Shown in pieces: positions 21,287-31,665 of a DNA stretch of 64,000 nt (its first letter is position 1; the number at the start of each line of letters is the position of its first letter). The position numbers were made by a program, and so were the translations under genes. The notes beneath the pieces are model-generated. The model had not been told where the DNA came from and ran no database searches. It saw only the letters and a list, made by a program, of their open reading frames with translations. The stretch comes from Polyangiales bacterium (GTDB taxonomy: Bacteria; Myxococcota_A; Polyangia; Polyangiales; JADJQN01): NCBI GenBank assembly GCA_964202905.1, contig CAXNJO010000011.1, positions 107,804-171,803 of the forward strand, read 5' to 3'.

Positions 21287-23500
21287 TCAGTCGTCGAGCG
21301 GCTCGAGCCAAAGCACGCTGAGCGGCGCGAGATCGAGCGCCGCGCTGCACGGGAGCCCATAGCGGGGGACGTCTTCGGCGACGAGGTCGGGGCGCGTCTC
21401 GCCGCGCGCGCCGCCGAACGCCGCGTCCTCGGTGTCGAGCACGACGCGGTAGCGCCCGGGGCGCGGGAGCGCGACGCGGTGGCCGACGCGCGGTGTACCG
21501 CCGTAGTGGCCCACGACGACGAGCTCGCGTCCGGACGAGGGCGCGATGCGGCGGTAGACGACGACGTTCGCGTCGCGGTCGTCCGGGTCGATCCAGCGGA
21601 AGCCGGCGTGCGTGCCGTCGGCCTCGAAGAGCGCGGGATGCCCGGTGTAGTGCGCGTTGAGCGTGCCGATCAGGGCCCTCATGCCCGCCCCGCCCGGCTC
21701 GTCGAGACGATGCCATTCCAGGCTGCCGTCGTGGTTCCACTCGCCGCGCTGCGCGAGCTCGCCGCCCATGAAGAGCAGCTTGCGGCCGGGCCGCGACCAC
21801 ATGGTCGCGTAGAGCGCGCGCAGGCCCGCGTGTTTCTGCGCGTCGTCGCCCGGCATCTTCGCGAGGAGCGAGCCCTTCAGGTGCACGACCTCGTCGTGCG
21901 AGAGCGGCAGCACGAAGGCCTCGCTGTCCATGTACATCACGCCGAACGTGAGGCGATGGTGGTGGTGCACGCGTCCGAGCGGATCTTGCTGGAAGTACGC
22001 GAGCGTGTCGTGCATCCAGCCCATGTCCCACTTGAGATCGAAGCCGAGTCCGCCCTCGCGCGTCGGGTGCGTGACGCGGGGCCAGGCCGTCGACTCTTCG
22101 GCGACGAGCAGCGCGCCCGGGTGCAGGCGATGCACGGTGTCGGTCAACTCGCGGAAGAACGCGACGGCCTCGAGGTTCTCGCGGCCGCCGTGCGCGTTCG
22201 GCTCCCACTCGCCCTCTTTGCGGCTGTAGTCGAGGTAGAGCATCGAGGCGACGGCGTCGACGCGCAGGCCGTCGATGTGGAACGCGTCGAGCCAGTAGAG
22301 CGCGCTCGCGAGGAGGAAGTTGCGGACCTCGTTGCGACCGAGGTTGAAGACGAGCGTGCCCCAGTCCGGGTGCTCGCCCTTGCGTGGGTCGAGATGTTCG
22401 TAGACGGCGCTGCCGTCGAAGCGCGCGAGCGCCCACGCGTCCCGCGGAAAATGCGCGGGTACCCAGTCGAGCAGCACGCCGATGCCGCGCGCGTGAAACG
22501 CATCGACCAGCGCGCGCAGATCGTCGGGCGGGCCCCAGCGCGCGGTCGGCGCGAAGTAGCTCGTGACCTGATAGCCCCACGAGCCGCCGAAGGGGTGCTC
22601 CATCACGGGCAGAAGCTCCACGTGCGTGAAGCCGAGCGAGGCGACGTGATCGACGAGGACCCCGACGTGCTCGGCGTACGTGAGCGCGCGGCGGCCCTCC
22701 TCGACGACGCGGCGGAAGGAGCCGAGGTGCACCTCGTAGATCGAGAGCGGACGCGTGCGCGGATCGAAGTCGCGACGCGCCGCGAGCCATGCGTCGTCGC
22801 GCCATGCGTGCCGCGCGACGTCGACCACGGAGGCCGTCGAGGGGGGCGGGAGCGTGCGAAACGCGAGTGGATCCGCCTTCTTGGCGACGAGTCCGTGCAC
22901 GGTGCGGATCTCGTACTGATAGAGCGCGCCCGGACCGAGGTCGGGGACGAAGAGCTCCCACACGCCGGACTTCCCGAGGCGGCGCATCGGGTGCGCGCGG
23001 CCATCCCAGCGGTTGAAATCGCCGACGACGCTGACGCGCTCGGCCTCGGGCGCCCACACCGCGAACGCGACGCCGTCGACCGCCGTCCCCGCCCCGAAGG
23101 TGGGGCGCAGGGGGCGCGCGCCGAGGCGCTCCCAGAGGCGCTCGTGGCGCCCCTCTCCGATCAGGTGCAGGTCGATGGGACCGAGCGTCGGGAGAAACGC
23201 GTAGGCGTCCCACGTCGTCCAGCTCGCGCCGCTCGCGTAGCGCGCCTCGAGCCGGTAGGCGGGCACCTCGCGCGCGCCGGGGAGAACGCCCTCGAAGACG
23301 CCATCCGGGTGGATGCGCGTGAGCGGGATGTCCATGCCGCCGTCGACCCGCGCGACGACCTCCGTCGCGTCGGGCCGCAGCGCGCGGACGAGGACGCCGT
23401 CTGGGATCGCGTGCGGGCCGAGGAACGTATGCGGATCCGTGTGCGTTCCGGCGACGATGCGCCGCAGGTCTTCGGTGTGTGGGGGCATCGGGGGGCTCAT
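21287..23500 (-). CDS. glgB: 1,4-alpha-glucan branching enzyme (GH13)
   Basis: FAVWAP, VVGDFNRWD, SIYEVHLGS, SWGYQ, DWVPAHFP, GLRVDAVASMLYLDY, AEESTAWP, LSHDEVVH. Confidence 0.97.
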   Translation of the reverse strand: MSPPMPPHTEDLRRIVAGTHTDPHTFLGPHAIPDGVLVRALRPDATEVVARVDGGMDIPLTRIHPDGVFEGVLPGAREVPAYRLEARYASGASWTTWDAYAFLPTLGPIDLHLIGEGRHERLWERLGARPLRPTFGAGTAVDGVAFAVWAPEAERVSVVGDFNRWDGRAHPMRRLGKSGVWELFVPDLGPGALYQYEIRTVHGLVAKKADPLAFRTLPPPSTASVVDVARHAWRDDAWLAARRDFDPRTRPLSIYEVHLGSFRRVVEEGRRALTYAEHVGVLVDHVASLGFTHVELLPVMEHPFGGSWGYQVTSYFAPTARWGPPDDLRALVDAFHARGIGVLLDWVPAHFPRDAWALARFDGSAVYEHLDPRKGEHPDWGTLVFNLGRNEVRNFLLASALYWLDAFHIDGLRVDAVASMLYLDYSRKEGEWEPNAHGGRENLEAVAFFRELTDTVHRLHPGALLVAEESTAWPRVTHPTREGGLGFDLKWDMGWMHDTLAYFQQDPLGRVHHHHRLTFGVMYMDSEAFVLPLSHDEVVHLKGSLLAKMPGDDAQKHAGLRALYATMWSRPGRKLLFMGGELAQRGEWNHDGSLEWHRLDEPGGAGMRALIGTLNAHYTGHPALFEADGTHAGFRWIDPDDRDANVVVYRRIAPSSGRELVVVGHYGGTPRVGHRVALPRPGRYRVVLDTEDAAFGGARGETRPDLVAEDVPRYGLPCSAALDLAPLSVLWLEPLDD

Positions 23501-26016
23501 GGACGCGCGGCTCCTTCGCGGCTCTCGGGCTCGCGCGGGGCCGCGGAGTCCCTCAGCGCGCGGCCGCTCCGCGTGACGAGGGGCGACACGCGGAGCGCCT
23601 CGAGCAGGGGATCGTCGACACCGATCGGGCAGCCGTCGAGCAGCGCCTCGTAGAGCGCCTCTTGCGCGCGGTCGACATCGGGGGACGCGCCGAGACGGCC
23701 CGCGAGCCGCACGAGCGCGAGCGCCTCTTCCCGCTGTGCGCGCGCGTCGTCCGTCGCACCCGCGACGCAGGCCCGCACGGAATCGAGGACGAGACGCGCG
23801 AGCAGGTCGTCGGCGGCGCGGAGATCGAGCGCAAAGCCGCGCGCGCGCGCTTCGTCGGCGATGCGCACGGCGAGGCCGTACGCCTCCGCATCGCGCGAGC
23901 CGTTGGGCACGCGCAGCGCGACGTCGAAGCGGCGCGAGAGCGCGAGCTCGGCCGCGACGCGCAGCTCGCGCGGCAGCGGAAAGCCCGCCGCGTGCAGCAG
24001 ATCGATGGTGCGCGCGTGGTCTTCGTAGGCCTGCGCGTAGGTCGCCCCGATGCGCCCCGCCAGCTCGCCGAGGAGCGCCTCCGAGATGCGCTCGCGCTCG
24101 CTCGGGAGCACCGCCTCGAGGCCGCGCTCGGCCGGTCCGAAGGCCTCGTGCAGGAGCCGGAGCAGGGCCGGCAGCCCCGCCCGCGGGAAGGCCTCCCACA
24201 CCTGTTCGCAGGCGTCGACGAAGTCGGACTCGCCCGTGAATGGGCGCAGCGCGCAAGCGAAATCGACGCCACCGAGGTGCAGCGCGGCCGCGATGCGCTC
24301 GGTCTCGCTGCCCGTCGTCCGCGACGCGACGGCGATGCGGGCCGTGGCGAGCGTGAGGCTGCCGCGCGTCTCGACCCGCAGGTCCGTCGTTTCCCAGCGG
24401 TGGAGGGGGCCCGCGTCGCCGCGCGGGGCCGGGGTCTCGCGTCCGGCACGTGCGACCGCGCCGATGGCGACGTTGGCCGCGACGGTCTCGCTCGTGACGC
24501 GGGTCGGGACGACCTGCCGATGCCAGAGATCGACGCCCGTGCCGTGGGCATCGAGGTTGCTGCGCGCCTCGCCGAGCGCTTCGAGGAAGCGGCGCTCGGG
24601 CGGAGTCCCGCCCGCCTCGGCGACGAGATCGAGCGCGCGGCCCGCGTAGCGCATGACCTGCAACGTCTCGATTCCGCTGAGATCCGAGAAGAACCAGCCG
24701 CAGCTCGTGTACGCGAGCATCGCGTGCCGCGACGCCTCGAGCAGCGCGAGCGCGCGCGTGCGGCGCGCCGGATCGCCCGCGACACCGCCGCGCGCGTGCA
24801 GGCGGAGGAAGGCGTCGGAACTCGCACGGCCGAGCAGGACGTCGATGTACGCGTCGCGGGCCGCCCACGGGTCGGCGAAGAGCCCGGCGCCCGCATCCTC
24901 GAGCAGCGCGGCCGTCGCGTCGCGGACGACGTCCATCGCGGCGCGCAGCGGGCCGCGCCAGCGCTGGTCCCAGCCGTCGCGACCCCCGGTCGAGCACCCG
25001 CAGTCGCGGATCCAGCGGCCGACGCCGTGCGCGCAGCTCCACGACGAGCCCTCGCCCGCGGGGCCGGCCTCGAGCTGGACGTCGAAGCGGGGCGGGTACC
25101 GATCGAGGAACTCGCCGTAGTTCGTCACCTCGAAGCCGCGCCGCGGCGCCTCGACTTCGAGCGCGTAGGCGAGCCCGCGATCGCCCCACTTGAAGTGGTG
25201 TCCGTAGCTCTCGCCGTCGGTCGCGATGTGCACCGCGCGCCCGTCGTCGCCGCCGCGCGCTGCTTGCTGGAACCGCGCGACGAGCGCCTCGCTCGACGCG
25301 AGCAACCCCTCGAACGCGATGCCGCGCGCGATCGCCCCATCGTAGAAGAACACCGCGAGCGAGCGCCCCGAGCCGTCCGACGCGACCCAGCGGTACGCCA
25401 CGCCCGGGTCGATGCGCCCGCCCGACACGTCGAACCATGGGCGCGCGCCGTCCTGGCTGCGGACCCGCACGCGTGCCGCCTGATATGGAGAGAGCAGCAC
25501 GTACCGCAGGCCCTGATCAGCGAGCACGCGCATGGTGCGCTCGTCGACCGCCGTCTCCGGGCACCAGAGCGACTCGGCCTCGCGCCCGAAACGGTGCCGG
25601 AAGTCCGCGAGCCCCCAGCGCACCTGCGTGACGAGGTCGCGGTCCGAGCAGAGCGGCAGAATCGCGTGGCCGTGGCCGTGCGCCATCGCGTTGCCGTGGC
25701 CCCCGCGCTGCCGGACGCTGCGCCGATCGGCGACCACGATACGCGCGTAGGTGGCGGGGTGCGTGCGCTCCATCCACGAGAGCAGCGTCGGCCCGAAGTC
25801 GAAGCTCAGGTGCGCGTAGTTGTCGACGACGCGCAGCAGGCGCCCGCGCTCGTCGACGATGCGGGCCACGGAGTTCGGCCGGTAGCACTCGGCTTGAATC
25901 CGCTCGTTCCAGTCGCGGAAGGGCGCGGCGCTCGGCTCGCGGTCCACGACGCCCGACCAGGGGTTCTCGCGGGGCGGCTGGTAGAAGTGGCCGTGGACGA
26001 TCAGCGCGGTCGGCAT
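23497..26016 (-). CDS. GH57-family glycoside hydrolase with DUF3536
   Basis: HGHFYQPPRENPW, SFDFGPTLLSW, HAILPL, WCPETAVD, ATDGESYGHH, SWSCAHGVGRW, YTSCGWFF; ATGA overlap with glgB. Confidence 0.92.
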   Translation of the reverse strand: MPTALIVHGHFYQPPRENPWSGVVDREPSAAPFRDWNERIQAECYRPNSVARIVDERGRLLRVVDNYAHLSFDFGPTLLSWMERTHPATYARIVVADRRSVRQRGGHGNAMAHGHGHAILPLCSDRDLVTQVRWGLADFRHRFGREAESLWCPETAVDERTMRVLADQGLRYVLLSPYQAARVRVRSQDGARPWFDVSGGRIDPGVAYRWVASDGSGRSLAVFFYDGAIARGIAFEGLLASSEALVARFQQAARGGDDGRAVHIATDGESYGHHFKWGDRGLAYALEVEAPRRGFEVTNYGEFLDRYPPRFDVQLEAGPAGEGSSWSCAHGVGRWIRDCGCSTGGRDGWDQRWRGPLRAAMDVVRDATAALLEDAGAGLFADPWAARDAYIDVLLGRASSDAFLRLHARGGVAGDPARRTRALALLEASRHAMLAYTSCGWFFSDLSGIETLQVMRYAGRALDLVAEAGGTPPERRFLEALGEARSNLDAHGTGVDLWHRQVVPTRVTSETVAANVAIGAVARAGRETPAPRGDAGPLHRWETTDLRVETRGSLTLATARIAVASRTTGSETERIAAALHLGGVDFACALRPFTGESDFVDACEQVWEAFPRAGLPALLRLLHEAFGPAERGLEAVLPSERERISEALLGELAGRIGATYAQAYEDHARTIDLLHAAGFPLPRELRVAAELALSRRFDVALRVPNGSRDAEAYGLAVRIADEARARGFALDLRAADDLLARLVLDSVRACVAGATDDARAQREEALALVRLAGRLGASPDVDRAQEALYEALLDGCPIGVDDPLLEALRVSPLVTRSGRALRDSAAPREPESREGAARP

Positions 26017-26079
26017 CGCCGGGCAGCGTACCCGCAAATGCGCGGCGTGCGCCCCCGGATGCGAAGCCTCCGTGCGCCA

Positions 26080-27165
26080 TCACAGGGCGGCAGGGGGGGC
26101 GAGCGGCAAGGCCTCGGGCAGTGTCGCCTCGGCCTCGGCCTCGGGCACGACGCGCATCGCGAAGATGAGGGGAGGGCGCGGACCGGTCGGCGGCAGCGCG
26201 GGGCCGAGGACGTCGGGGCGCACGGCTCGAAACCAGACCTCCCCGCCGTCCTGCTCCGCATCGCTCAGCAGGAGCGTCCCCGGGTAGGCGGTGCGGCTGC
26301 CGCAAGCGACGGTCGGCGCGAGGAAGCGGTCCGTGAGCGTCTGCGCCGACGCCGTGGTCGGCGGCCAGTGCGCGTGGACGAGTTCCACTCCGCGACCGAC
26401 CGCGATCCACGCGCGGCAGCCCCCGTGGCCGGCGTCGGGGGGGCGAACCTCGAGCGGCGTGCCCGGCGACGCGGCCGCCACCGCGACGCGGACCACGGCC
26501 TCGCTCGACGTCCAGCCAGCCGACCCGAGCCGGCTCTCGGCGTCGGCGAACGCGAGCGCCACGTCCGACGGGAGACCCGTCTCGCGCAAGGTATCGGGCG
26601 TGAGCCATGGCGCCGCGTACGCCCGGAGTCGAACTTGTCCCATTCCTGATACTGCGAGTCGATCGCCCCCGCAGGCGCCCACCCAGAGGAGTTCCTTCGA
26701 GCAGGGGCCATGGTGTGGCTCCCCCGCCGCCGCGCCGCGGTCGATGATCCCGCCGCGCTCCGCACGGACGGCGACCAACCCGCACGCCCCGTCGAGACCC
26801 TCCGCGGGGCGATCGAGCGGGAGCGGCAGCGGGGGGCTCCAGTCGCCATCGGGGACCAGGCCGAGCGCGGCGAGGCGCGCGTCGAAGTCCGGGCCGTCGG
26901 GCATGCCTGCGAACGCGATGTCGGGCCCGCCGTGTCCCTCGGCGCAGTGCGGCACCGGCAGCGCGGAGAGCGCGGCGTGGGCCCCTGCGAAGGGCTCCGC
27001 CGGCGCGGCGACCGTGCCGCCCCCGCGCCGCTCGGTCAGGCCCTCGAGGCCGTCGACCGCCCACAGCGTGAGGAAGCCGGCCACGAGAAGGAGCGTGACG
27101 AGCGCGGCGGCGATCGGAGCGCCCCGGGCGGCCTTCGTCGGTTTCGGCGCTTCACCGCGGCTCAT
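26080..27165 (-). CDS. Hypothetical membrane-anchored protein, Cys-containing
   Basis: AGAAGGAG RBS before ATG 27165; N-terminal hydrophobic helix IAAALVTLLLVAGFLTLWAV. Confidence 0.7.
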   Translation of the reverse strand: MSRGEAPKPTKAARGAPIAAALVTLLLVAGFLTLWAVDGLEGLTERRGGGTVAAPAEPFAGAHAALSALPVPHCAEGHGGPDIAFAGMPDGPDFDARLAALGLVPDGDWSPPLPLPLDRPAEGLDGACGLVAVRAERGGIIDRGAAAGEPHHGPCSKELLWVGACGGDRLAVSGMGQVRLRAYAAPWLTPDTLRETGLPSDVALAFADAESRLGSAGWTSSEAVVRVAVAAASPGTPLEVRPPDAGHGGCRAWIAVGRGVELVHAHWPPTTASAQTLTDRFLAPTVACGSRTAYPGTLLLSDAEQDGGEVWFRAVRPDVLGPALPPTGPRPPLIFAMRVVPEAEAEATLPEALPLAPPAAL

Positions 27166-27229
27166 GTCGGCTCCTTCTCGACGCGCCGCCGCTTCCCGGC
27201 CCCGCCCCGCGCGTGGTAGCACGCCCCGC

Positions 27230-28045
27230 ATGCCGACGACCCCCGACGCGCCGCCCGCCCCCGCCATGCCCGACCCGCAGGACGGCCGCACGCTCCCGCG
27301 CCTCACGGAGGTGATGCAGCGCCTCCTCGCGCCGGACGGCTGTCCGTGGGACCGCGAACAAACGCTCCAGACGCTGCGTCCTTTCGTGATCGAGGAGGCG
27401 CACGAGGTCGTCGACGCCATCGACGAGGGCTCGCCCGCGGCGCTGCGCGAGGAGCTCGGCGACCTGCTGATGCAGATCGTCTTCCAGTCGGAACTGGCCA
27501 ACGCGCAGGGCTGGTTCGGCCTCGACGACGTCGTCGCCGGCGTGGTCGAGAAGCTCGTCCGCCGCCACCCGCACGTCTTCGGCGACACGCGCGTCTCGGG
27601 CACGGAGGAGGTCCTCGCGAACTGGGAAAAGCTCAAGGCCGAGGAAAAGAAGGGCCGGGGCCTCCTCGACGGCTTGCCCCGTTCGCTGCCCGCGTTGCTG
27701 CGCGCCGTGCGGATCGGTGAGAAGGCGGCGCGGGTCGGTTACGACTGGCCCGATCTGTCGGGTGTCCGCGCGAAGGTCGACGAGGAGCTCGCGGAGCTCG
27801 ACGTGGCGCTCGCGACCGAAGAGACCGCCCGCGCGGAGGCGGAACTCGGGGATGTCCTCTTCGCGCTCGCGAGCCTGGCTCGCAAGCGGGGGCTCGACCC
27901 GGAGGCGGCGCTCCGCGGCACGCTCGATCGGTTCACGAACCGGGTGCAGGCGGCCGAGGGGCTCGCGCGCGATGCCGGGACGACCCTCCCATCGCTCGAT
28001 GACGCAGGCCGTGACGCGCTCTGGGAGCGCGTCAAACGCGGCTGA
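27230..28045 (+). CDS. mazG: Nucleoside triphosphate pyrophosphohydrolase
   Basis: GCPWDREQT, EEAHEV, EELGDLL, KLVRRHPHVF, NWEKLKAEEK, ELGDVLF, DPEAALR. Confidence 0.96.
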   Translation: MPTTPDAPPAPAMPDPQDGRTLPRLTEVMQRLLAPDGCPWDREQTLQTLRPFVIEEAHEVVDAIDEGSPAALREELGDLLMQIVFQSELANAQGWFGLDDVVAGVVEKLVRRHPHVFGDTRVSGTEEVLANWEKLKAEEKKGRGLLDGLPRSLPALLRAVRIGEKAARVGYDWPDLSGVRAKVDEELAELDVALATEETARAEAELGDVLFALASLARKRGLDPEAALRGTLDRFTNRVQAAEGLARDAGTTLPSLDDAGRDALWERVKRG

Positions 28046-28078
28046 CCGTAACCCTGTCGACGACCTCCGGTTCGACCC

Positions 28079-29191
28079 ATGTCTCGCCCCGTGAACGCCC
28101 AGCTCGCCGGATGTGAGGGCGCGGCGCCCAAGCGGCCCCAGGGCGGGGTGCACGGTGTTCGGCGGAGTCCTGGTCCCTGCGCACTTCTCGCGGCCATCGC
28201 GGGGCTCCTTCTGGTTGGATGCGGCGGATCGCTCTCGGTGACTGCCCGGTTGCCGCGCCCCGCGAGGCTCGCCGCGCGTGCTTTCCCCCTCGTCTACATC
28301 ACCTCGGCGGGGGACCTCGACGCCGAGATGTTGGCCGAGGCGCTCGCGAGACACCTCGAGGCGCCCGGCGGTCTCGCCTCGAGCCGCCCTGTGCGGGCTG
28401 AGCGCCTCGCACCCGAGGCGGTGGCGCGGCTGCGCGCGGGAGGCCGTGTCGGGTCGGTATCGATTGTGATTCGCGTTGCTGTTGAGTATCACGAGGACTA
28501 CAGACTTGACTACGCCTCGCGTCCCATGACCGTCTGTGGTCCCGGCGGTTGCGCGCTCACGCCCCGCCCGCGCCAGGCCGACCTCGCCACCTTGCGGGCG
28601 CGCGCCCGCTTCGCCGTCGAGGACGGCCCGAGCGGTCGGCGGCTCGAGGTCGTGACCCTCGAGGTTCGCGACGAAGGCGGCGATCCGTTGTCGATGCGCG
28701 CGCGGGCCCTTCTCGAACTCCGGCAGCGGCTGCCCACGCTCGTCGATGGCGGGCAGCGCGAGGTCGAGCTGCCGCTTCTACCAGTGGACGACCCGGGCGC
28801 CCGAGTCGCCGTCGCGCTCGCCGAAGCAGGGGATTGGGCCGGTGCGGCTGAGGCGTTTCGCCGTCTCGTCGCAGCCCCGGACTTCACCGGGCGCACGACC
28901 GCCGGCCGGGCGGCGCTGCTCTTCGACCTCGGTCAGGCGATCCGCGCGTCGCCCGCCGCCGGGCAGCAGGACGCGCTTGCCCGGCTCGATGGGGCCGCTG
29001 ACGCGCTGCGCGCCGCGCTGCGCCTCGACCTGCGCCCGCTCTTCGCCGAGGCGCTCGCGGCGCTCGACGCCCAGCGGCGGGATGTGCAACGCGCCGCCGC
29101 GCAGCACGAGGCCGCGGCGCACAACTTCGGACTCGCCGCGCCTCCCGCCCAGCCGGGCGGCATACCGGCGGTGCCCGAAGGGTATCGTTAG
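28079..29191 (+). CDS. Hypothetical lipoprotein with a C-terminal TPR-like segment
   Basis: Lipobox LLLVGC; helical C-terminus (AALLFDLGQA). The true start may be the downstream GTG near 28148. Confidence 0.65.
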   Translation: MSRPVNAQLAGCEGAAPKRPQGGVHGVRRSPGPCALLAAIAGLLLVGCGGSLSVTARLPRPARLAARAFPLVYITSAGDLDAEMLAEALARHLEAPGGLASSRPVRAERLAPEAVARLRAGGRVGSVSIVIRVAVEYHEDYRLDYASRPMTVCGPGGCALTPRPRQADLATLRARARFAVEDGPSGRRLEVVTLEVRDEGGDPLSMRARALLELRQRLPTLVDGGQREVELPLLPVDDPGARVAVALAEAGDWAGAAEAFRRLVAAPDFTGRTTAGRAALLFDLGQAIRASPAAGQQDALARLDGAADALRAALRLDLRPLFAEALAALDAQRRDVQRAAAQHEAAAHNFGLAAPPAQPGGIPAVPEGYR

Positions 29192-29212
29192 AGATACGAG
29201 CGCTGCGGGCCG

Positions 29213-30472
29213 TCACAGGCGCGCGGGGGGAATCGCGACGACGTCGTCGATGTGCGCTGCGCGGAGCACCAGCATCACCAGACGATCGACGCCCAGCGCG
29301 TTGCCGCCGGAAGGCGGGATCCCCTCCGAGAGCGCGTCGAGGAAGCGCTCGTCGATCGGATAGACCTCCTTCCCGAGCGCGGCGCGCTCGCGCTGATCAC
29401 GCAAGAGGCGCGCGCGCTGCTCCTGCGCGTCGATGAGCTCGCTGAAGCCGTTGGAGAGCTCCATTCCGTCGACGAAGGCCTCGACGCGCTCGGCGATCCC
29501 GGGCTGCTGCGGATCGAGCCGCGCGAGGGACGCCATGCTCGCCGGCCAGCCGGTCAGGAAGGTCGGGCGCCCGCGCCCGAGCTGCGGTTCGACGCGCTCT
29601 GTCAGCAGGCGGAAGAAGTGCTCCTCGGACGCGAGCGCGTCGTCGAGCCGCGTGCCCGCGTAGCGGTCGAACGCCTCCGCAAGCGTGAGGCGCTCCCAGG
29701 GCGGAGTGAGATCGAGCAAGCCCTCGCGCGCGGGGACGACCGTCGCCCCGTCGTGGAGCGAGCGCGCGACGTGCGCGACGAGCTCCTCGGTGTCGCGCAT
29801 GACCTCCTGCATCCCCGCGAACGAGCGGTACCACTCGAGCATCGTGAACTCGGGGTGGTGCCGCTGACCCAGTTCGCCGCGCCGGAAACAGCGGCCAATC
29901 TGGTAGATGCGGGGCAGCCCGGCGGCGAGCAGGCGCTTCATCTGATACTCAGGGCTCGTCCCGAGCCAACGTGGGGCGCCGGCGCCGACGACCTCGAGGG
30001 CGTCGAGGTGGAGGTCGAGCCCCGGACTCGGCACCGCCAGTGGCGTCTCCACCTCCGTGAACGCCCGCTGGTCGAAGAACGCGCGGATGGCGCGCAGCAC
30101 GGCCGCGCGGCCGAGTAAGTTGCGGAGACGTCGGCCGCCCTCGGCATGGGCCCACGCGAAATCTCCGCCGGGACGTGGAAACGGCCCATCCGGCACGGAG
30201 ACCACGCGGCACGCCGTTTCAATGAGGCGCATGCCGTCCCACAGGCCCTCGCACACCACCCACGAACCCAAGAGGGGCACGGGCGAACAACGGACCTCGA
30301 GCGTCCCCGTCACGTCGTGCACGAGTGCCGTCCCGCCCCCGGAGGCCCCGTCCCCCAACCGAACGTCCGCCCCGTCGTCGGTGGCTACGACGCGGCCACC
30401 GATGCGTGCTCGGGATGCCGGCGGTTGGCGCCTCACGACCTCGATCGGGGAGCGGGGCGCCGCCGGCGGCAT
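29213..30472 (-). CDS. epmA: EF-P lysine aminoacylase (EpmA/GenX/PoxA) with N-terminal extension
   Basis: FTEVETP, TSPEYQMKRLLAAG, FRRGE.G.RHHPEFTMLEWY, ELSNGFSEL, GNALGVDRL; directly downstream of efp. Confidence 0.93.
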   Translation of the reverse strand: MPPAAPRSPIEVVRRQPPASRARIGGRVVATDDGADVRLGDGASGGGTALVHDVTGTLEVRCSPVPLLGSWVVCEGLWDGMRLIETACRVVSVPDGPFPRPGGDFAWAHAEGGRRLRNLLGRAAVLRAIRAFFDQRAFTEVETPLAVPSPGLDLHLDALEVVGAGAPRWLGTSPEYQMKRLLAAGLPRIYQIGRCFRRGELGQRHHPEFTMLEWYRSFAGMQEVMRDTEELVAHVARSLHDGATVVPAREGLLDLTPPWERLTLAEAFDRYAGTRLDDALASEEHFFRLLTERVEPQLGRGRPTFLTGWPASMASLARLDPQQPGIAERVEAFVDGMELSNGFSELIDAQEQRARLLRDQRERAALGKEVYPIDERFLDALSEGIPPSGGNALGVDRLVMLVLRAAHIDDVVAIPPARL

Positions 30473-30481
30473 CGGCTCAAC

Positions 30482-31045
30482 TCACTTCTTGACGCGTTCG
30501 ACGTACTCGCCGGTTCGCGTATCGACCTTGATCCACTCGTCCTGGTTCACGAACAGCGGGACGGTCGTCTTGAGGCCCGTGCTGAGCGTGCAGGGCTTCT
30601 GGATGTTGCCGCTGGTATCGCCCTTGAAACCAGGCTCGGTCTCCACGACCTGCAACTCGATGAAGATCGGCGGCGTCACGCCGATGGGCGTGCCGTCGTA
30701 GAAGAGGATCGAGACCGGCAGATTGTCGAGCAGGTAGAACTTGTTCTCGCCGAGCTGCTCGGCCGAGAGCCGGACCTGGTCGTAGCTCTGCGAATCCATG
30801 AAGACGTAGTCCTCGCCCTCGGGATAGAGGTACGTCATCTGACGCTCCTCCATGTCCGCCTTCTCGAGGCGCTCGCCGGACTTGTACGTCCGCTCGAGGA
30901 CGTTGCCGGTGATCATGTTTTTCATCTTCACGCGCGTGAACGCCTGACCCTTGCCGGGCTTCACGAACTGGAAGTCAACGACGACGTAAGGGTTGCCGTC
31001 GATTTTGAGCTTGACGTTCTTGCGGATATCGGAGGTTTCGTACAT
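30482..31045 (-). CDS. efp: Elongation factor P
   Basis: FVKPGKGQAF loop (Lys34 type), TEPGFKGDT, VPLFV, DTRTGEYVER. Confidence 0.99.
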   Translation of the reverse strand: MYETSDIRKNVKLKIDGNPYVVVDFQFVKPGKGQAFTRVKMKNMITGNVLERTYKSGERLEKADMEERQMTYLYPEGEDYVFMDSQSYDQVRLSAEQLGENKFYLLDNLPVSILFYDGTPIGVTPPIFIELQVVETEPGFKGDTSGNIQKPCTLSTGLKTTVPLFVNQDEWIKVDTRTGEYVERVKK

Positions 31046-31126
31046 ACGGGCCTCGGGAGGGTCGCTCGAAGAACGACGCGGGACCCGGTCATGGCCGAGC
31101 CCCGCGCGCGGAGGTTGCGTGGCCGT

Positions 31127-31549
31127 TCAGCTGCCGCCGGACACGCGGTGGGTGAGGGCTACCTTGTCGCTCGGGGTGCTGACGTCGCGCGTGCGCTCGG
31201 CGGTGACCCGCACCTCGAAGGCCGCGAGCGTCGTGGTCGCCAAGGCTTCCCCGGTGCGGGCATCCGCGTCGTAGCGGAGGTTGGCGGCCTTGACGGGCGC
31301 CGCGTTCGCGCCGACGAACCAGACCACGTAGGCTGTCGACCCGGCCGCGACGCGCTCGGGCGGTGGCAGGTTCTCGAGGCGCAGCGTCACGAGACGGTTG
31401 CCGGCCCCGGACTCCTCAATGCGGACGATGCCGTCGGCGCTCGCGGCCTCGTGCTGGCCGATCACGGCTTGGTCGAGCGCGCCGCCACAGCCGACGAGCA
31501 GGGCGCCGGCGAGCGCGCAGGCGAAGAAAAGCGTCGTGAACTTCGTCAT
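31127..31549 (-). CDS. Small lipoprotein of unknown function
   Basis: GGAGG RBS; signal MTKFTTLFFACALAGALLVGC; beta-rich domain (LENLPPP, YVVWF, VRVTAE). Confidence 0.8.
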   Translation of the reverse strand: MTKFTTLFFACALAGALLVGCGGALDQAVIGQHEAASADGIVRIEESGAGNRLVTLRLENLPPPERVAAGSTAYVVWFVGANAAPVKAANLRYDADARTGEALATTTLAAFEVRVTAERTRDVSTPSDKVALTHRVSGGS

Positions 31550-31665
31550 CGGACCCCTCCGTGTCGAGCGCGGCTTGTATTCCGGCCGGTCGCTCTGGTC
31601 AAGGGTCACGGCGGCCCGGTGGGGCTCTTGCCATCCCCCGGTCGAGGCGGTAAGCGTGTCGGCCT

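Noticed and set aside
21287..25438. Long apparent fusion ORFs (1383-aa glgB, 961-aa xerD, 716-aa mdh, 1031-aa glnD)
   Set aside because: The N-terminal extensions are off-frame read-through over neighbouring genes; starts were reset to the recognisable N-termini.
27230..28045. mazG as part of a toxin-antitoxin or anti-phage system
   Set aside because: It is the ordinary two-domain housekeeping form, with no mazEF or defence genes adjacent.
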